This document shows, one piece after another, positions 60,759-64,000 of a DNA stretch of 64,000 nucleotides (position 1 is the first letter of the stretch; every line of letters begins with the position of its first letter). The stretch is from Histomonas meleagridis 2922-C6/04-290x (Eukaryota > Protista > Parabasalia), in the NCBI GenBank assembly GCA_020184695.1, contig JAANOX010000002.1, positions 310,001-374,000 of the forward strand. The letters run 5' to 3'. A model generated the notes under the pieces. It was not told where the DNA came from and searched no databases. It saw nothing but the letters and a program-made list of their open reading frames with translations. Both the position numbers and the translations under genes were made by a program.

Positions 60759-63473
60759 TTAAGCCGAATCAAACACGCTTAAGAAGTCCTGCGCCTCTTC
60801 AACATTAGCGAAAACAAAATGTAAATGTTTTGCTGTTGATTCCTTTAATTCTTTAATTTGTTTATTATCACCTTTAGTTGCCAAATTCGCCAATTTCTTT
60901 AAGAATCGTAATAATTCTCCTTTCTTATCCCATTCAAACACATCAGGAAATGCAGCTAAAGCATGTAAAGCAATTATAGGCACCTTTGTTTTCATCGCTA
61001 TTACACCTTTATCACCATATCTTTGAATAGCGGACAAAAATCGTGGCAACATTTGATCTATAAACACTTGTCCATTTTTCTTAAAATCAGAATCATTACC
61101 AGCGAACAATACGTCATTACTATCAACTCCATTAATTTTCAAATTATATTCAGATCGTAAAGAATGAGCCATTAATATAATACTTTCCAACGCTAAGTCG
61201 ACAGGTTCAGAATCATTCCATTCTTTTCTTATTGCTTGAATTATTAATTTCTTTATATGTTCATACGGGTTATTATTATCGATTGGCGAAGGCATTATTA
61301 AAACCAAATTTAATGCCTTTATATATAACTCAAATAAATCTTTTGAAGGTTGAATATCTTCAATTGTATTTACAAACTCATTATAAAATGAATGTGCAAA
61401 ACAAATTACATTACAAGTTAATGATACATTTGAACCTAATAATAATAACTTCGAACGTTCAATAACATTAGTAATTGTCGGAATAGTAACAAACGCAAAT
61501 GATAATAAAGAACGTGTAATCACATCATAATTACCACGTTTTCTCGAGTATACTAAAGTTGCCAAACGAAAACTAATTCGACTAATTGTTGATAATATTC
61601 GATCACTTGAAGGAAATGAAGAACGAGCTGACAACAAAAAGTTCAAATGTGCTTCGATATTATTACCGAAGTCGACATGGAACAAGAACCATTCGATTAC
61701 TTGATTCGTTTTTTCTATTACATCTACAGGTGATAATATATTTAATGATTGATATAATATTTGACTTAACTCTAAAAGTATTCGAACACATAATGGGTCA
61801 TTTAACTCGAATTGTTTTACTGATACGTCATTTAATATGAAACGTGATATTTCGACAAGTGAACGTTCATTTAAGAAATCCATTAAATCGACAATCGAAT
61901 TAATATGTTGTAATACTTCAGCAAAGTTTTTGCCTGATTTTACAGCATATATTATACATTCCGATACATTATTAGATAACTTATCAGATAATTTACCAAC
62001 GCCATTGTTGTTTTCATTTAATTCGGATTTACGACTTTGAATGTTTTTACGTAATAATGTAACAACATTCTTTAAAAAGTAATTCAAATAATGCGGCTGA
62101 CAAAACTTTGCAATGAATTTAGTTAACGGTGACGCTACATATATGAAATCTTCAATGTTGACAAAAGCGCCCATTCGATTCCAGATGTCATTCATTAATT
62201 CTATGACATTGTCACTAATGACTGTGTTGTTTAGGGAATTGATCAGTTTATACAAAAGTGTCGGCTTAGGAATGACATCGTCACTTTTGTCAATTAACAT
62301 TAACAATACATTATATATTTTGGCAACAAACTTGGGTGGTAACTCATCTAATAATACAGATAATATAAATGATGATGGAATGCCAACACTATAAAATTCA
62401 TTTAATGCTTCTTTAAGAAAATTGATGTCACCTACTGATACCATAACACTGACAAAGAATTCTAATGCTGGTCGATGCGTTTCAATGTATTTGGAGAATG
62501 AATAATCAATGATATTAAATTGGCGAGAAAATCCACGATTCTTAAAATGTAATAAGAAAGTCGCATATGACGTAAATAATGGTAATAATATATCACATGA
62601 AGTCTCTGGGAAATATGTATACAAAGTATACACTAAATACGCTCGAACATAAATACCAGACGAACCAGAGCCTAAACCAGGGATAGCTCCGATGATGTTT
62701 TGGATTGATTCTTTTGTTGTTCGAAATGGATGAAATTTGGTCGATCGTAAAAACGCAATTTCTAATAGTAATCGAGGTAACAGTCGATCTGTGCGACATA
62801 GTATCATTGACCAGTTCAAACATAACAATTCGCGACAGCCTTCTTTGGATTCAAGAAAATTACCTTTTGCCGACTCATGAGAAGATATACGGTCATAAAC
62901 AATATTACCGAAATGTTCCACTAGTTCCAACACTAACATAAATTGCGCCGGATAAAATTGTGGAGATCTTGTGTTCATCAATAATCGACATGTTTTGGAG
63001 ATAAGTTCTATCATTTCCAAGTGTTTTGATTCCTTATACAGAGTACTAAGCATTGCGCTTTGTTTCTTGATTTCATTACGTAGTCGTTCTTCATTTTGTT
63101 GCATAAGCGCAAGTTGTTGTGCCTCATCACTCGTGACAGCTAACTCTGCAAGTCGATCACGCACTCGTTTAGATAGTAAATGGTAATTCTCGTTTTCTTT
63201 CATGAAGTCTGATGCGCGCGTTTGAAATGCGCCAAGACAATAATTCTTGAACTTGCTCCAACGCGACTGCATACTCATTGAAGAGCGGTCGCTTTGGATT
63301 GAGTCTGTGAATGGATCGGAATTTTTAGTGGATTCGATATCAAATGCTTCTTCAACGGAAACTTGTTGACCGAGAATCTCTACAGGAGATGGCTTAGGGG
63401 TAATCCTTTGATATCCTAATAAAACATCGGGGTCTTTATTAAGTGGAATTAAGTGATAAGTTTCTTTTGACAT
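60759..63473 (-). CDS. VPS35L: VPS35 endosomal sorting factor-like protein (Retriever subunit)
   Basis: QFYPAQFMLVLELVEHFGNIVYDRI...CLNWSMILCRTDRLLPRLLLEIAFLRSTKF matches VPS35L ([25 protein letters not shown]...CLNWFFKIASIRELIPR) as recalled. First ATG at 63473. Confidence 0.85.
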   Translation of the reverse strand: MSKETYHLIPLNKDPDVLLGYQRITPKPSPVEILGQQVSVEEAFDIESTKNSDPFTDSIQSDRSSMSMQSRWSKFKNYCLGAFQTRASDFMKENENYHLLSKRVRDRLAELAVTSDEAQQLALMQQNEERLRNEIKKQSAMLSTLYKESKHLEMIELISKTCRLLMNTRSPQFYPAQFMLVLELVEHFGNIVYDRISSHESAKGNFLESKEGCRELLCLNWSMILCRTDRLLPRLLLEIAFLRSTKFHPFRTTKESIQNIIGAIPGLGSGSSGIYVRAYLVYTLYTYFPETSCDILLPLFTSYATFLLHFKNRGFSRQFNIIDYSFSKYIETHRPALEFFVSVMVSVGDINFLKEALNEFYSVGIPSSFILSVLLDELPPKFVAKIYNVLLMLIDKSDDVIPKPTLLYKLINSLNNTVISDNVIELMNDIWNRMGAFVNIEDFIYVASPLTKFIAKFCQPHYLNYFLKNVVTLLRKNIQSRKSELNENNNGVGKLSDKLSNNVSECIIYAVKSGKNFAEVLQHINSIVDLMDFLNERSLVEISRFILNDVSVKQFELNDPLCVRILLELSQILYQSLNILSPVDVIEKTNQVIEWFLFHVDFGNNIEAHLNFLLSARSSFPSSDRILSTISRISFRLATLVYSRKRGNYDVITRSLLSFAFVTIPTITNVIERSKLLLLGSNVSLTCNVICFAHSFYNEFVNTIEDIQPSKDLFELYIKALNLVLIMPSPIDNNNPYEHIKKLIIQAIRKEWNDSEPVDLALESIILMAHSLRSEYNLKINGVDSNDVLFAGNDSDFKKNGQVFIDQMLPRFLSAIQRYGDKGVIAMKTKVPIIALHALAAFPDVFEWDKKGELLRFLKKLANLATKGDNKQIKELKESTAKHLHFVFANVEEAQDFLSVFDSA

Positions 63474-63630
63474 TGGAATATGAGCGGTTACGGTTTTACT
63501 ATATCTTTGGTTTAACGGTCGATGTTCCACAATGATTTTTTTCTATGATAATGTGGTCATTTCACTCACACGAAATATTTTGAAAGAATAAAACGGTTTT
63601 GTCATGGTCTGAAACAATCCAAAAGGGTAA

Positions 63631-64000
63631 ATGCAGGCAAAACTCGTACTCGTAGGTGATGGTGGTGTTGGTAAGACAACATTCGTCAAGAGACATCAAA
63701 CAGGTGAATTCGAAAAGAAATATATTCCAACATTAGGTGTTCAAGTATCTCAATTATCATTCCAAACAACACATGGTGTTTTAACATATAACATTTGGGA
63801 TACAGCAGGACAAGAACGTTTTGGTGGTCTTCGTGAAGGTTATTATCTTGAAGCTAATTGTGCTATCATCATGTTCGACGTTACATCGCCTACAACATAT
63901 CGTAATGTCCCAACATGGCATCGTGATTTAGTGCGTGTTTGCCCAAATATCCCAATTGTTCTCGTTGGTAATAAGATTGATGTTCGTGACAGGAAAGTTC
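63631..64000 (+). CDS. RAN: Ran GTPase, 3'-truncated by the window edge (absent from the ORF track)
   Basis: Manual translation: [37 protein letters not shown]...[17 protein letters not shown]...[27 protein letters not shown]. Confidence 0.96.
   Translation, partial: MQAKLVLVGDGGVGKTTFVKRHQTGEFEKKYIPTLGVQVSQLSFQTTHGVLTYNIWDTAGQERFGGLREGYYLEANCAIIMFDVTSPTTYRNVPTWHRDLVRVCPNIPIVLVGNKIDVRDRKV

Noticed and set aside
63604-63636. Upstream ATG-GTC-TGA and a possible 30-nt GT...AG intron before Ran
   Set aside because: It lacks trichomonad 5' splice-site and branch motifs, and ATG 63631 already gives a complete Ran N-terminus. It may lie upstream of the TSS.

Overview
AT-rich eukaryotic DNA that looks like a parabasalid (trichomonad). 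The evidence is BspA-like LRR surface proteins, DUF3447-type ankyrin genes, an IBD (IBP39-type) domain and M3/M5 core-promoter motifs; the species cannot be named from the sequence. About 25 compact genes are present, including a subtilisin, a TKL-like pseudokinase, a CARMIL-like LRR protein, two Rabs, a CDK, an Sfi1-like protein, a Myb protein, a C39-like peptidase, BspA, a RapGAP-domain protein, RPL14, VPS35L and a partial Ran. There are also several pseudogenes, a 29-bp satellite and a 100-bp 3'-end tandem repeat. I recognised no rRNA, tRNA or CRISPR array. Main discovery: two unlinked ankyrin genes (7505-10683 +, 42745-40641 -) look shattered in the ORF track but have a strict architecture. 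Each ankyrin core is an intact 90-nt (30-codon) block. The codons of the connecting beta-hairpin (D-x-x-G-x-T) are written as single triplets separated by AT-rich 17-nt spacers without GT-AG ends. Thirteen of 17 gaps are exactly 80 nt = 4 x (17+3). Removing the 66 spacers (65 of 17 nt, 1 of 18 nt) gives stop-free full-length ORFs with canonical hairpins (DENGRTAL, NKDGKTAL, DEDGNTAL, DNRGYTAI, DISGWTAL). This points to a possibly undescribed system of ultrashort non-canonical introns or recoding with 3-nt micro-exons. The mechanism is inference and needs RNA or protein data.
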